A DNA stretch of 64,000 nucleotides from Casimicrobiaceae bacterium. GTDB lineage: Bacteria; Pseudomonadota; Gammaproteobacteria; Burkholderiales; Casimicrobiaceae. Shown piece after piece: positions 1 through 9,429 of this stretch. The first letter of the stretch is position 1. The number at the start of each line of letters is the position of its first letter. Location of the stretch: the NCBI GenBank assembly GCA_036380055.1, contig DASVFM010000001.1:11126-75125 (forward strand), written 5' to 3'. The translations under genes and the position numbers were made by a program. Below the pieces are notes generated by a model. It worked only from the letters and a program-made list of their open reading frames with translations. It had not been told where the DNA came from and did not search any database.

Positions 1-124
1 GGATGCGCACCCAGGTCTGGCCGACGAGCCCGGCGACGAAGGGGAGCAGCGCCAGCGCGACGGCGATGAGTGCCACTCCCGCCCAGGCTTTCGCCGGGAT
101 GGCTGTCTTGCGTCTGCGGGTCAC
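1..124 (-). CDS. livM: Branched-chain amino acid ABC transporter permease LivM, N-terminal fragment running off the left edge
   Basis: A reverse-strand GTG at 122-124 opens the frame VTRRRKTAIPAKAWAGVALIAVALALLPFVAGLVGQTWVRI, a basic N-terminus followed by a TM helix. It lies about 30 nt downstream of the livH stop. It is absent from the ORF track only because it is under 60 aa within the window. Confidence 0.55.
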   Translation of the reverse strand, partial: MTRRRKTAIPAKAWAGVALIAVALALLPFVAGLVGQTWVRI

Positions 125-155
125 GGATCTGCCTCTGACGTTGCCGCGCGCATGC

Positions 156-1151
156 CTATGCGCGCTCGCTTACGCGCTCGCCGAGCAGACCGGACGGGCG
201 GAATATAAGGACGAGGATGAGGACGAAGAAGGCAAACACGTCCTGGTAGTTGCTGCCGAAGAGGCTCACGTAGCCGTTGCTCGTCGCACACTGCTCGCGC
301 AGCGAGTCGGAGAGCCAAGGAAAGCCGCAGATGTTCGATATGTCACCGATATAGCCCGCGCCAAGAGCTTCGATGATCCCGAGCAGGACTCCGCCGAGCA
401 TGGCGCCGGCGAGATTGCCGATGCCGCCCAGCACCGCCGCCGTGAACGCCTTCAGGCCAAGGAGGAATCCCATGTAATAGTGGGCAATGCCGTAATAGGT
501 CATCACCATCAGTCCGGCAACAGCGGCAAGCGCCGCGCCGATCACGAAAGCAGCAGAGATCACAACGTTGATGTCGATGCCCATGAGCCCGGCGACCTGC
601 GGGTTCTGCGCCGTGGCGCGCATGGCCATGCCCAGCCGCGTGCGCTGCACGACGAACACGAGCCCGCCCATGAGCAGCGCCGCGAGCACGACGATCAGCA
701 TTTGCAGATCGGTCATCGAGGCGCCGAGGACGTTATAGGTCTTGGGATTGAGCAGCGTGGGAAAGGTCCGGTAGTTCCGGCCCCAGATGACCAGCGCGAC
801 GTTCTGCAGGATGATCGACATGCCGATCGCCGTGATCAGCGGAGCGAGCCGCGGCGCCTTGCGCAGCGGCCGGTAGGCAATCTTTTCCATCGCGTACGCG
901 ATCGCCATGCACACCGCGATCGCCACCACGAGGCCGGCCAGAATCAGAACGGCCGTGGGAAGCTCCACGTGCGCGCCGAGCAGCGACGTTATGACCGACA
1001 GCGAGACCATCGCACCGATCATCACGACTTCGCCGTGCGCGAAGTTGATGAGCCCGATGATTCCGTAGACCATCGTGTAGCCCAGCGCGACCAGCGCGTA
1101 GACGCTGCCCAGCGTCAAGCCGTTGATCAGCTGCTGCAGGAGGATATCCAC
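156..1151 (-). CDS. livH: Branched-chain amino acid ABC transporter permease LivH
   Basis: The translation reads VDILLQQLINGLTLGSVYALVALGYTMVYGIIGLINFAHGEVVMIGAM, a typical LivH N-terminus, and the protein is multi-TM. I place the start at the GTG at 1149-1151 rather than the ORF-track ATG at 1220. Confidence 0.9.
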   Translation of the reverse strand: MDILLQQLINGLTLGSVYALVALGYTMVYGIIGLINFAHGEVVMIGAMVSLSVITSLLGAHVELPTAVLILAGLVVAIAVCMAIAYAMEKIAYRPLRKAPRLAPLITAIGMSIILQNVALVIWGRNYRTFPTLLNPKTYNVLGASMTDLQMLIVVLAALLMGGLVFVVQRTRLGMAMRATAQNPQVAGLMGIDINVVISAAFVIGAALAAVAGLMVMTYYGIAHYYMGFLLGLKAFTAAVLGGIGNLAGAMLGGVLLGIIEALGAGYIGDISNICGFPWLSDSLREQCATSNGYVSLFGSNYQDVFAFFVLILVLIFRPSGLLGERVSERA

Positions 1152-1250
1152 GCAGTTACCCCCGTTCGACCCAGTGATCGATGCCGGCCCGATTCTCCGC
1201 TGCGCGCGTCGCTCCCGCAATCCCCGCGCGCGGAGTGCTAGACCGGACGC

Positions 1251-1275
1251 AAAAACGGCGCCCCGCGGGGCGCCG
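1251..1275 (-). terminator. Intrinsic terminator or attenuator hairpin between the liv binding-protein gene and livH
   Basis: On the minus strand, CGGCGCCC-cgcg-GGGCGCCG forms an 8-bp GC stem (1256-1275). It is followed directly by TTTTT (complement of 1251-1255), 22 nt after the stop at 1298. Confidence 0.7.
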
Positions 1276-1297
1276 TCTGCAAGTCAGTTGCGGATGC

Positions 1298-2566
1298 TTA
1301 TTTCTTCTTTTCTTCCATCTTCATCGCGGGCTGCGCCATCGCCGGGGCTGCCGCCATAAGCGATTCGGTCTTGCCGCCCAAGTTGATCGCCATCGGAACG
1401 AGCTTGCCGTCCTTCACTTCATAGAGCGTAATGGCGCCGTTCTTGGTGTCGCCGTGCTCGTCAAACTCGATCTTGGCGGTGATGCCGTCGTAGGAGATGC
1501 TCGCGAGCGTCGGAAGGTACTTCGCCGGATCGGTTGAGTTGGCCTTCTGCATTGCCGCGATCAGCGTGTTGGCCGCGTCATAGGCGTACGGGGCGTAAAC
1601 CTGGATCGGACCGTACTTGGCCGTGAACCGCGTCACGAAGTCCTTGGCGTTCGGCATCTTGTCGGGCGGGAGCCCGGCCTGCGTGCAGTACTGGCCTTCC
1701 GCCGCGCCGCCGGCGAGCTTCGGCCACTCGGTCGAGCACACGCCGTCGCCGGCGATGTACTTGGCCTTGATGCCGAGCTCCTTCATCTGCTTGACCATCG
1801 GGCCGCCCTGCGCGTCCATCCCGCCGTACATGATGACGTCGGGCTGCTTGGCCTTGATCTTGGTGAGAATCGCCTTGAAGTCGGTCGCCTTGTCGTTGGT
1901 GTATTCGCGCGCGACGATGGTCGCGCCGGCAGCCTTGGCGGCTTTCTCGGTTTCGTCGGCGAGCCCCGCGCCGTACGCGGTCTTGTCGTCGATGATCGCA
2001 ATCTTCTTGGCACCCAGGGTCTCGACCGCTGCCTTGCCGATGACGCTGCCCTGCTGCACGTCGTTCGCCATCACGCGGAACACGTTCTTGAACCCTTGCA
2101 GTGTGAGCTTCGGGTTTGTCGCCGACGGAGAAACCATCGGGATACCCGCGTCGTTGTAGATCTTCGAGGCCGGAATCGACGTACCCGAGTTCAGGTGCCC
2201 GACTACGCCGGAAACCTTGTCGTCGACCAGCTTCTGGGCGACGATCGTGCCCTGCTTCGGGTCCGCCTGGTCGTCCTGGGCATCGAGCTCGAACTTGATC
2301 TTCTTGCCGTCGATCACGACGCCTTTCGCGTTCGCGTCGTCGATCGCCATCCGGGCGCCGTTCTCGTTGTCCTTGCCGAGGTGCGCCTGAGGGCCTGTCG
2401 TCGGGCCGACGTGTCCGACCTTGACCACGACTTCCGGCATGGCCGGTGCCGCGGGCGCCGCGGCGGGCGCTGCAGCTTGTTTCGCGGGTTCTTCCTTGCC
2501 GCAGCCGTACGCGACGGCTAGCGCCGCGGCGACGAGCGTAAGCCCGAGCGGGCGGTTGATTCTCAT
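1298..2566 (-). CDS. Branched-chain amino acid ABC transporter substrate-binding protein (LivJ/LivK family)
   Basis: MRINRPLGLTLVAAALAVAYGCGKEE is a signal peptide. A periplasmic binding fold follows (KVGHVGPTTGPQAHLGKDNENGARMAIDDAN...). The start is ATG 2564-2566, preceded by a GGAGGA SD (complement of 2573-2578). The gene sits upstream of livH and livM. Confidence 0.88.
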   Translation of the reverse strand: MRINRPLGLTLVAAALAVAYGCGKEEPAKQAAAPAAAPAAPAMPEVVVKVGHVGPTTGPQAHLGKDNENGARMAIDDANAKGVVIDGKKIKFELDAQDDQADPKQGTIVAQKLVDDKVSGVVGHLNSGTSIPASKIYNDAGIPMVSPSATNPKLTLQGFKNVFRVMANDVQQGSVIGKAAVETLGAKKIAIIDDKTAYGAGLADETEKAAKAAGATIVAREYTNDKATDFKAILTKIKAKQPDVIMYGGMDAQGGPMVKQMKELGIKAKYIAGDGVCSTEWPKLAGGAAEGQYCTQAGLPPDKMPNAKDFVTRFTAKYGPIQVYAPYAYDAANTLIAAMQKANSTDPAKYLPTLASISYDGITAKIEFDEHGDTKNGAITLYEVKDGKLVPMAINLGGKTESLMAAAPAMAQPAMKMEEKKK

Positions 2567-2620
2567 GAATTTTCCTCCGAAAAGGGGGTGAACGGGGACA
2601 AGACAAATGTCTAACCCATA

Positions 2621-2650
2621 ATTATTTATCCCGGGACGATGCCCTGTCAA
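2621..2650 (-). promoter_or_regulatory. Candidate sigma70 promoter of the liv binding-protein gene
   Basis: On the minus strand, TTGACA (2645-2650), an 18-nt spacer and AATAAT (2621-2626) lie about 55 nt upstream of the ATG. Confidence 0.45.
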
Positions 2651-2892
2651 TTAGGACGCCCCTTTGGCTCGCCTCTAGGCGCCCCGCGCCGTGCGCTTCA
2701 TCGGCGGTAGGCGCATCTGCCCTCAGCACCTTGGCGTTTCGTCGGTTCAAGCTTGTCGCAGGCCCGCCGGGGGGCCTAAACTCGCGCATTTTTCGAATCC
2801 GGGGCTGGCGGCCGCAGCATCAAAGCTTCCGGGCGTGGCTGCGTACAACGCGGGTCCGCGCGAGGATCGTCCCCGTAAGACGGGTGAAAATC

Positions 2893-4044
2893 ATGGCACG
2901 AAGGTTCACCAAGCGACACTGGATCGGGCTCGTAGCCGCGCTGTGCATCGTCGGAGCGGCCGCGGCGAGCGTGGCACTGCGGGCAAGCAAGGCAACCAAG
3001 GAGGATAAGGCTGCGCCGGTCACGCTGGAGTTCGCAGCGGCCGACGTCGCCTTCGTCGAGCCCCGCTCGCTGACGCGCTGGCTTCCCCTCTCCGGCACCC
3101 TCCAGCCGATCGACCAGACGACCGTCAAGGCCAAGGTTTCGGGCGAAGTCAGGCAGGTGACCGTGCGCGAAGGCGAGGCCGTAAGGAGCGGTCAGCTCAT
3201 CGTGCGCTTCGACACCGCGGACCTCGAAGCGAAGCTCACCGATCGGATAGGCGCGCTCGAGTCGAGCCGCGCCCAGCTCGCGCTGGCCGAGAAGCAGCGG
3301 ACGCAGAACCAGCTGCTGCTCAAGCAGAACTTCATTTCGCAGACCGCCTACGATACCGTTGAGAGCAACCTTTCGGTGACGCAGGGGACGCTGAAGTCCA
3401 ACGAGGCGCAAGTACAGCTCGCTCGCAACGCGCTGCGCGATGCGGTGGTGATGGCGCCGCTTTCGGGAACCGTGGCCAAGCGGCACGTACAGCCAGGCGA
3501 GAAGGTCAGCTTCGACGCGCCGCTGGTGACCATCGTCGACTTGAGTCGGCTCGAGCTGCAGGCCATGGTACCCGCCAACGACGTCCCGGAGCTGCGCATC
3601 GGCATGACGGTGGATCTCGCCATCGACGGCTTCGGCGAGCGCCACTTCAAAGGGACCATCGAGCGCATCAGCCCGACCACCGAGGCGGGGACGCGGGCAA
3701 TTCTCGTGTTCATCCATATTCCGAATCCGGATGCCGCATTACGCGGCGGGATGTTCGGGACCGGGAAAGTAACCCTGGACGCGGGAGCTCCGGTGCCTAC
3801 CCTGCCTGCCATCTCGATCCGCACCGAAGCCGGGCAGACCTTCGTCTGGACTGTCGAGGATGGAAAGCTCACGCGGCGCATCGTGACAGTGGGCCGGCGG
3901 GACGACGCGGCCGGGCGGGTTGAGATCAAGAATGCGCTGCCGGCCAAGGTGCCGGTGCTCGCCGCGCCGTTCGACAATCTCAAGGTAGGCCTGCCGGCCC
4001 TGGTGCGGTCCGCGACGCCTTCCAAGTCGGCTGGCGCAACCTGA
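2893..4044 (+). CDS. Efflux RND transporter periplasmic adaptor subunit (MFP/HlyD family)
   Basis: MARRFTKRHWIGLVAALCIVGAAAASVAL is an N-terminal anchor. Lipoyl/barrel-sandwich motifs follow (VKAKVSGEVRQVTVREGEAVRSGQLIVRFD ... VMAPLSGTVAKRHVQPGEKV). The gene lies directly upstream of the RND pump. Confidence 0.88.
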   Translation: MARRFTKRHWIGLVAALCIVGAAAASVALRASKATKEDKAAPVTLEFAAADVAFVEPRSLTRWLPLSGTLQPIDQTTVKAKVSGEVRQVTVREGEAVRSGQLIVRFDTADLEAKLTDRIGALESSRAQLALAEKQRTQNQLLLKQNFISQTAYDTVESNLSVTQGTLKSNEAQVQLARNALRDAVVMAPLSGTVAKRHVQPGEKVSFDAPLVTIVDLSRLELQAMVPANDVPELRIGMTVDLAIDGFGERHFKGTIERISPTTEAGTRAILVFIHIPNPDAALRGGMFGTGKVTLDAGAPVPTLPAISIRTEAGQTFVWTVEDGKLTRRIVTVGRRDDAAGRVEIKNALPAKVPVLAAPFDNLKVGLPALVRSATPSKSAGAT

Positions 4045-4090
4045 CAGACTGACAGGCGCGCAGTCGCGCCGTAGCTGAGGGGATAGCCCC

Positions 4091-7000
4091 ATGTGGATAA
4101 CTCGCGTCTCGATAAAAAACCCCGTCTTCGCCGCGATGGTCATGGTGGGCATCGTGGTGCTTGGGATCTTCTCGTATGCGCGCCTGCGCGTCGAGCAGAT
4201 GCCCGACGTCACCCTCCCGTTCATGGACGTCGAGACCTCCTATCCGGGCGCTTCGCCCGAGGCCGTCGAGACCGATGTGACCAAGCCGATCGAGAACGCG
4301 GTCAACACGGTATCGGGCGTCAAGCGCATCTATTCCAATTCGCGCGAGGGGCGAAGCCAGGTGTTCGTCCAGTTCAGGATGGGCACCGACATCACGCGCG
4401 CGATCCAGGATTCGCGGGACAAGATTGCGCTCGTCCGACCCAGCTTCCCGCGCGACGTCAAGGACCCGCAGGTCGTACGCGCCGAGATCGAGGACAACCG
4501 GCCGACCGTCAAGCTCGCGGTGGTCTCACCGACGGTCGAGCTGCGCGAGCTGACCGCACTCACCGACCAGACGATCGTCAAGGTCCTCGAAAACATCCCG
4601 GGCGTCGCCCAGGTAGACGTCAACGGGCGCGTCACGCGGCAGATCCTCATCCAGGTCAAGCCGTCGGCGCTCGCTTCGCTGGGCATCAGCGTCGATCAGG
4701 TGATGACCGCGGTGCAGAACGCCAACCAAGACGTTCCTGCCGGGCGCATTACGCGCGGACACAACGATTCGATCGTTCGCGTCGAAGGCAAGATCAAGGA
4801 CCCCGCGCAGTTCGCCCGCATCATCGTCATGCAGCAGGGCGGGGGCCCGGTTTACCTCTCTCAGGTGGCGGACGTCATCGACGGCGAGAAGGAGCTCGAC
4901 TCGATCTCCCGCATCAATGGCCGGCCGGCAATCACGATCGACCTCCGCAAGGCGCAGGACGCGAACATCGTCGAGGTAGGCCGCGGTGTGGCCGATGGAC
5001 TGGCCTCGCTCAAAGGTCGGTTGCCCCAGGACGTCGACGTGCAGCTTGTCTACTCGCAGGCCGAGCAGGTGGAACGCAGCATACAGCAGGTCAGGGCAAC
5101 GATCATCGAAGGCGCGCTGCTCACCGTGCTGATCGTGTTCCTGTTCCTGCACTCGTGGCGCAGCACCATTATCACTGGGCTCACGCTGCCTATCGCGGTG
5201 ATCGCGACGTTCATCGCCCTCTACGCGGCGGGCTTCACGCTCAACATGATGACGCTGATGGCGTTATCGCTGTGCATCGGGCTGCTGATCGATGACGCGA
5301 TCGTCGTGCGCGAGAACATCGTGCGGCATCTGGGGATGGGCAAGAGCCATGTCGCCGCGGCGCGTGAAGGAACCGACGAGATCGGGCTCGCCGTCATGGC
5401 GACGACCTTCGCGATCGTCGCCGTGTTCGTCCCCATCGCTTTCATGAAGGGCATTGTCGGCCAGTTCTTTCTACAGTTCGGCCTCACGGTCGCGGTGGCT
5501 GTGCTGGTGTCGCTGTTCGTGAGCTTCACGCTCGACCCGATGCTTTCCTCGGTGTGGCGCGATCCGCCCGGGTCGCGCTTCTCCAAGGTGCCGTGGCTTG
5601 GCCGTTTCATGGACCGCGTGGAAAGCGTTGTCGAGCGGGTCCACTCCGTCTACGGGAAGCTGCTCGAATGGGCGATCCGGGATACGCACCGAAGGCTCTA
5701 CGTTCCGACCATCGGCGTGTGGACGGCGATCCGGACCCGCGAGTGGCGCGCCCTCAGGCCGCGCTGGGTCACCATCACCAATCGCGGCATCGTGCTCTGG
5801 GCTGCGGTGCTCATATTCTTCGGCAGCTTTGCGCTGCTCCCCTTGATAGGCAAGGAATTTTCGCCGCAGGTCGACGAAAGCTTCATCTCGCTGCGCCTCA
5901 ACACGCCTGTGGGCACGAGCCTGGAGTCGACCGATCTGAAGGTGCGCGAGGTGGAGGAAGTCCTCAAGCGGTTCCCCGAGATCGTTCTCGCCATGACGAC
6001 GGTGGGCAGCTGGGACGGCCGCAACTACGCGCGGGTGGACCTGAAGCTGACCGAGCGCACCTCTCGCGCACGGTCGCAAAAGGACCTCGAGCGCGAGATC
6101 CGCGCCGCGCTCAAGCCGATACCCGGTATCGAGCTCGCGCTCGGCTACGATCGGCCGGTGTGGGTCAACCTGCTCGGCCCCGACCCCGACACCTTGAAGC
6201 AGCTGATCAACGAGTTCGCCGACAAGGTTGCCAAGGTCCCGGGGATCGCCGACCTGGAAATCTCGGAGAAGGCGCTCAACCCCGCCCTCTCGATCCACCT
6301 GAACAACGATGCCGCCGCCGATCTCGGAATCACGGTGCAGCAGGTGGGTCAGACGGTGCGCCCGCTGCTCGCTGGCGAGACGGTGACCTACTGGCTCGGC
6401 CCCGATGGCCAGAATTACGAAGTCAACATACAGCTCCCGAAGGAAGGACGTCGTCTTGCCTCTGACCTGGGCAATCTCTACATCTCCACGAACAAGCGCG
6501 GCCCCGACGGAGAGCTGCGGATGGTGCCGTTGCGGCAGGTGGCGGAGATCGTCGAGTCGACCAGCCCGCAGATCATCAAGCGGCAGGACCTGCAGCGGCG
6601 GGTCGCGCTCTACGCGAATGCGGAAGGACGCCCTTCGGGCAACGTCAACGAGGACGTCAAGAAAATTGTAGAGACGATGCAGCTTCCCCCCGGCTACCGG
6701 TTCGTCATCGCGGGGCAGCAGGAAGACACCGAGGAATCGCAGGCTGCGCTGTTCTCGGCGCTGGGCCTCGCGGTGATCTTCATCTACCTCGTGCTCGCCT
6801 CGCAATTCGCGAGCTTCACCCAGCCGATCGCGATCATGGCTTCGCTTCCGTTCACGCTGATCGGCGTGTTGCTCGCGCTGTTGCTGACCAACACGACGCT
6901 CAACATCTTCTCGATGATCGGCTTCGTGATGCTGATGGGACTGGTGACCAAGAACGCCATCCTTCTTGTGGACTTCGCCAACCGGGCGCGTCGCGGTGGC

Positions 7001-7306
7001 GCGGCGCTGCACGACGCGCTGCTCTCGGCCGGGCAGGTGCGGCTGCGGCCGATTCTCATGACGACCGCGGCGATGATCTTCGGCATGCTGCCGTTGGCGC
7101 TTGGCCTTGGCGAGAGCGGCGAGACGCAGGCGCCGATGGGCCGCGCGATCATCGGCGGCGTCATTACGTCCACGCTGCTCACGCTTGTTGTCGTGCCCGT
7201 GATCTACACTTACCTCGATCGCCTCTTCGAGTGGCACAAGGCACGGCGGGTGGCGCGCGAGGCACGCCGGACGGACACTGCCGCAGCCCCTGCGCACGGC
7301 GATTGA
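4091..7306 (+). CDS. Efflux RND transporter permease subunit (AcrB/HAE1-like)
   Basis: The protein is 1071 aa. The N-terminus [25 protein letters not shown], the 12-TM architecture with two large periplasmic loops, and [12 protein letters not shown] in TM4 are all typical of RND pumps. Confidence 0.93.
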   Translation: MWITRVSIKNPVFAAMVMVGIVVLGIFSYARLRVEQMPDVTLPFMDVETSYPGASPEAVETDVTKPIENAVNTVSGVKRIYSNSREGRSQVFVQFRMGTDITRAIQDSRDKIALVRPSFPRDVKDPQVVRAEIEDNRPTVKLAVVSPTVELRELTALTDQTIVKVLENIPGVAQVDVNGRVTRQILIQVKPSALASLGISVDQVMTAVQNANQDVPAGRITRGHNDSIVRVEGKIKDPAQFARIIVMQQGGGPVYLSQVADVIDGEKELDSISRINGRPAITIDLRKAQDANIVEVGRGVADGLASLKGRLPQDVDVQLVYSQAEQVERSIQQVRATIIEGALLTVLIVFLFLHSWRSTIITGLTLPIAVIATFIALYAAGFTLNMMTLMALSLCIGLLIDDAIVVRENIVRHLGMGKSHVAAAREGTDEIGLAVMATTFAIVAVFVPIAFMKGIVGQFFLQFGLTVAVAVLVSLFVSFTLDPMLSSVWRDPPGSRFSKVPWLGRFMDRVESVVERVHSVYGKLLEWAIRDTHRRLYVPTIGVWTAIRTREWRALRPRWVTITNRGIVLWAAVLIFFGSFALLPLIGKEFSPQVDESFISLRLNTPVGTSLESTDLKVREVEEVLKRFPEIVLAMTTVGSWDGRNYARVDLKLTERTSRARSQKDLEREIRAALKPIPGIELALGYDRPVWVNLLGPDPDTLKQLINEFADKVAKVPGIADLEISEKALNPALSIHLNNDAAADLGITVQQVGQTVRPLLAGETVTYWLGPDGQNYEVNIQLPKEGRRLASDLGNLYISTNKRGPDGELRMVPLRQVAEIVESTSPQIIKRQDLQRRVALYANAEGRPSGNVNEDVKKIVETMQLPPGYRFVIAGQQEDTEESQAALFSALGLAVIFIYLVLASQFASFTQPIAIMASLPFTLIGVLLALLLTNTTLNIFSMIGFVMLMGLVTKNAILLVDFANRARRGGAALHDALLSAGQVRLRPILMTTAAMIFGMLPLALGLGESGETQAPMGRAIIGGVITSTLLTLVVVPVIYTYLDRLFEWHKARRVAREARRTDTAAAPAHGD

Positions 7307-7339
7307 CGTGCGATAATCCGGGCTCCGCGGGAGAGCAGG

Positions 7340-7990
7340 ATGAACTTCGAGCAGGCACGCTTCAACATGATCGAGCAGCAGATCCGGCCCTGGGACGTGC
7401 TCGACCAGAAGGTGCTCGACCTGCTGTTCCAGGTGCGACGGGAGAACTTCGTACCCGCAGCGTATCGGGCGCTTGCTTTCGCCGATCTGGAAGTTCCGCT
7501 CGGCGAGGGCGAGCGAATGTGGACCCCGAAGATGGAAGCCCGGGTGCTGCAGGAGCTCGAGCTCGAGCCAAACGACGCGGCGCTGGAAATCGGCACCGGG
7601 AGCGGCTACCTGACGGCGCTGCTCGCGCGGAGCTGCGCCGAGGTGGTGAGCGTCGAGATCAACCTCCGGCTGTCTGCCGAGGCAAAGAAAAGGCTCGCCG
7701 AGGCAGGCATCCGCAATGTCCGCCTGGAGCAGGGCGATGGCGCGCGAGGCTGGCGTCAGGAACTCTATGACGCGATCGTGCTGACGGGCTCCACGCCGGT
7801 GCTGCCCGACTCGTGGCTGGCGCAGCTCAGGCCGGGCGGTCGCCTGTTTGCAGTGGTCGGCGATGCGCCGGTGATGAGCGCGCGGCTGCTGCGCTGGACG
7901 GCACCGGGCGCAGTGGCGGCCGAGGATCTGTTCGAGACCGTGATTACGCCCCTGCGCAACGCACCGCAGCCGCAGCGGTTCGTTTTCTGA
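7340..7990 (+). CDS. Protein-L-isoaspartate O-methyltransferase family protein (pcm-like, tolC-linked)
   Basis: The SAM-binding motif ALEIGTGSGYLTALLA is present. The N-terminus FEQARFNMIEQQIRPWDV is typical of the pcm-like paralog found next to tolC. Confidence 0.8.
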   Translation: MNFEQARFNMIEQQIRPWDVLDQKVLDLLFQVRRENFVPAAYRALAFADLEVPLGEGERMWTPKMEARVLQELELEPNDAALEIGTGSGYLTALLARSCAEVVSVEINLRLSAEAKKRLAEAGIRNVRLEQGDGARGWRQELYDAIVLTGSTPVLPDSWLAQLRPGGRLFAVVGDAPVMSARLLRWTAPGAVAAEDLFETVITPLRNAPQPQRFVF

Positions 7991-8070
7991 GGCGAAAGAA
8001 CGTGAGGTGGCGCAGGAACGCGGCGCTGGCGCCGCAGCGCCGACCTGTCAAGCCAACAAGAGCGAGAGAC

Positions 8071-9429
8071 ATGAAACAGCCTACGCTGAAGCGGGCGCTT
8101 GCGACTTTGCTCGGCGGGACCTTCGCTGCGATGGTCTGTTCGGCGTCCGCGGAGGACCTGCTGCAGATCTATCACGAAGCGGTCGCGAACGATCCCACGC
8201 TCGCGGCGGCCCGGGCCAACTGGCAGGCCACTCAGGAGGTCGGGCCGCAGGCGCTGGCGAACCTGCTGCCGTCGGTGAGCCTCTCCGGCGTTGCCAACGA
8301 GCAGAACTACTGGGAAAGACTGCACAGCGACCCGAAGATCACGTTCAGTACCCGCTATCCGAACTACAACTACACGGTCTCGGCCGCACAGCCCCTGTTT
8401 CGCAAGCAGAACCTCGTTGCCTACGACCAGGCGAAGCAGACGATCGGGCAGAGCGATTATGTGCTCGCATCGGCGCAGCAGGATCTCATCGTGCGGGTCT
8501 CGCAGGCCTATTTCGACGTGCTGCTCGCGCAGTTCACGATCGAGCTCACCGAGAGCCAGAAGGCGGCGGTGAGCGAGAATCTGGCGCAGGCGAAGCGCAA
8601 TTTCGAGGTCGGCACCGCAACGATCACGGATACCAACGACGCGCAGGCCAAATACGACCAGATTGTGGCGCAGGAACTCTCGGTGCAGAACGATCTCGAC
8701 AACAAGATCGCGACGCTGCGGGCGATCATCGGGCGCGCACCGAAAGAGCTCAAGCGCGTCGGCGGCAGGTTCGAGCCGGAGCTGCCCGCCCCCAACGCGT
8801 TGGATCCGTGGGTCGAGAGGAGCCTGCACGACAATCTGCAAGTGCGCATCGCGCAGTCGAATTACGATATCGCTGTGCTGGAGGTCGATCGGCAGCGCGC
8901 CGGCCACTACCCGACGCTCGATCTGGTGGCGAGCTTCAACCAGGGCTATGCGGGAGCGTCGTCAACAACCGCCGCCACCGCGCCCCTGGCCTTCGACTCC
9001 CATCTGGGTATCGTCGGCCTGCAGCTCAACGTGCCGCTGTATCTCGGCGGGTCGATCGAGTCGAAGGTCCGCCAGGCGGTGGCCAACCTCGAGTCGAGTC
9101 GGCAGAACCTGGAAGCAGCTCGCCGCGCGGCGCAGCTCTCGACACAGACGGCGTTCACCGGCGTGACGAGCGGGTTCGCACAAATCAAAGCGCTCGAGCA
9201 GGCGCTCACCTCGGCGCAGGTGTCCTATGATTCGACCAAGGTCGGACTTGAGGTCGGCGTGCGCACCAACCTCGACGTGCTCAACCAGCAGCAACAGGTC
9301 TACCAGACGCGCTTCAATCTCGCGCAGGCCTACTACAACTTCGTGATCAACAGGCTCAGGCTCAAGCAGGCCGTAGGTACGCTCTCGGAAAGCGACCTCG
9401 AAGACGTCAACCGCAACCTGCGCGGCTAG
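8071..9429 (+). CDS. tolC: TolC family outer membrane channel protein
   Basis: MKQPTLKRALATLLGGTFAAMVCSASA is a signal peptide. EDLLQIYHEAVANDPTLAAARANWQA follows, with an internally duplicated alpha/beta-barrel repeat pattern. I use the ATG at 8071 rather than ORF-track 7813. Confidence 0.88.
   Translation: MKQPTLKRALATLLGGTFAAMVCSASAEDLLQIYHEAVANDPTLAAARANWQATQEVGPQALANLLPSVSLSGVANEQNYWERLHSDPKITFSTRYPNYNYTVSAAQPLFRKQNLVAYDQAKQTIGQSDYVLASAQQDLIVRVSQAYFDVLLAQFTIELTESQKAAVSENLAQAKRNFEVGTATITDTNDAQAKYDQIVAQELSVQNDLDNKIATLRAIIGRAPKELKRVGGRFEPELPAPNALDPWVERSLHDNLQVRIAQSNYDIAVLEVDRQRAGHYPTLDLVASFNQGYAGASSTTAATAPLAFDSHLGIVGLQLNVPLYLGGSIESKVRQAVANLESSRQNLEAARRAAQLSTQTAFTGVTSGFAQIKALEQALTSAQVSYDSTKVGLEVGVRTNLDVLNQQQQVYQTRFNLAQAYYNFVINRLRLKQAVGTLSESDLEDVNRNLRG

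Noticed and set aside
3-1241. 412-aa ORF on the + strand opposite livH
   Set aside because: It runs antisense to a clearly recognisable LivH permease. Its translation is Arg/His/Asp/Gly-rich low-complexity sequence with no motifs. This is the typical stop-free antisense frame of high-GC DNA.
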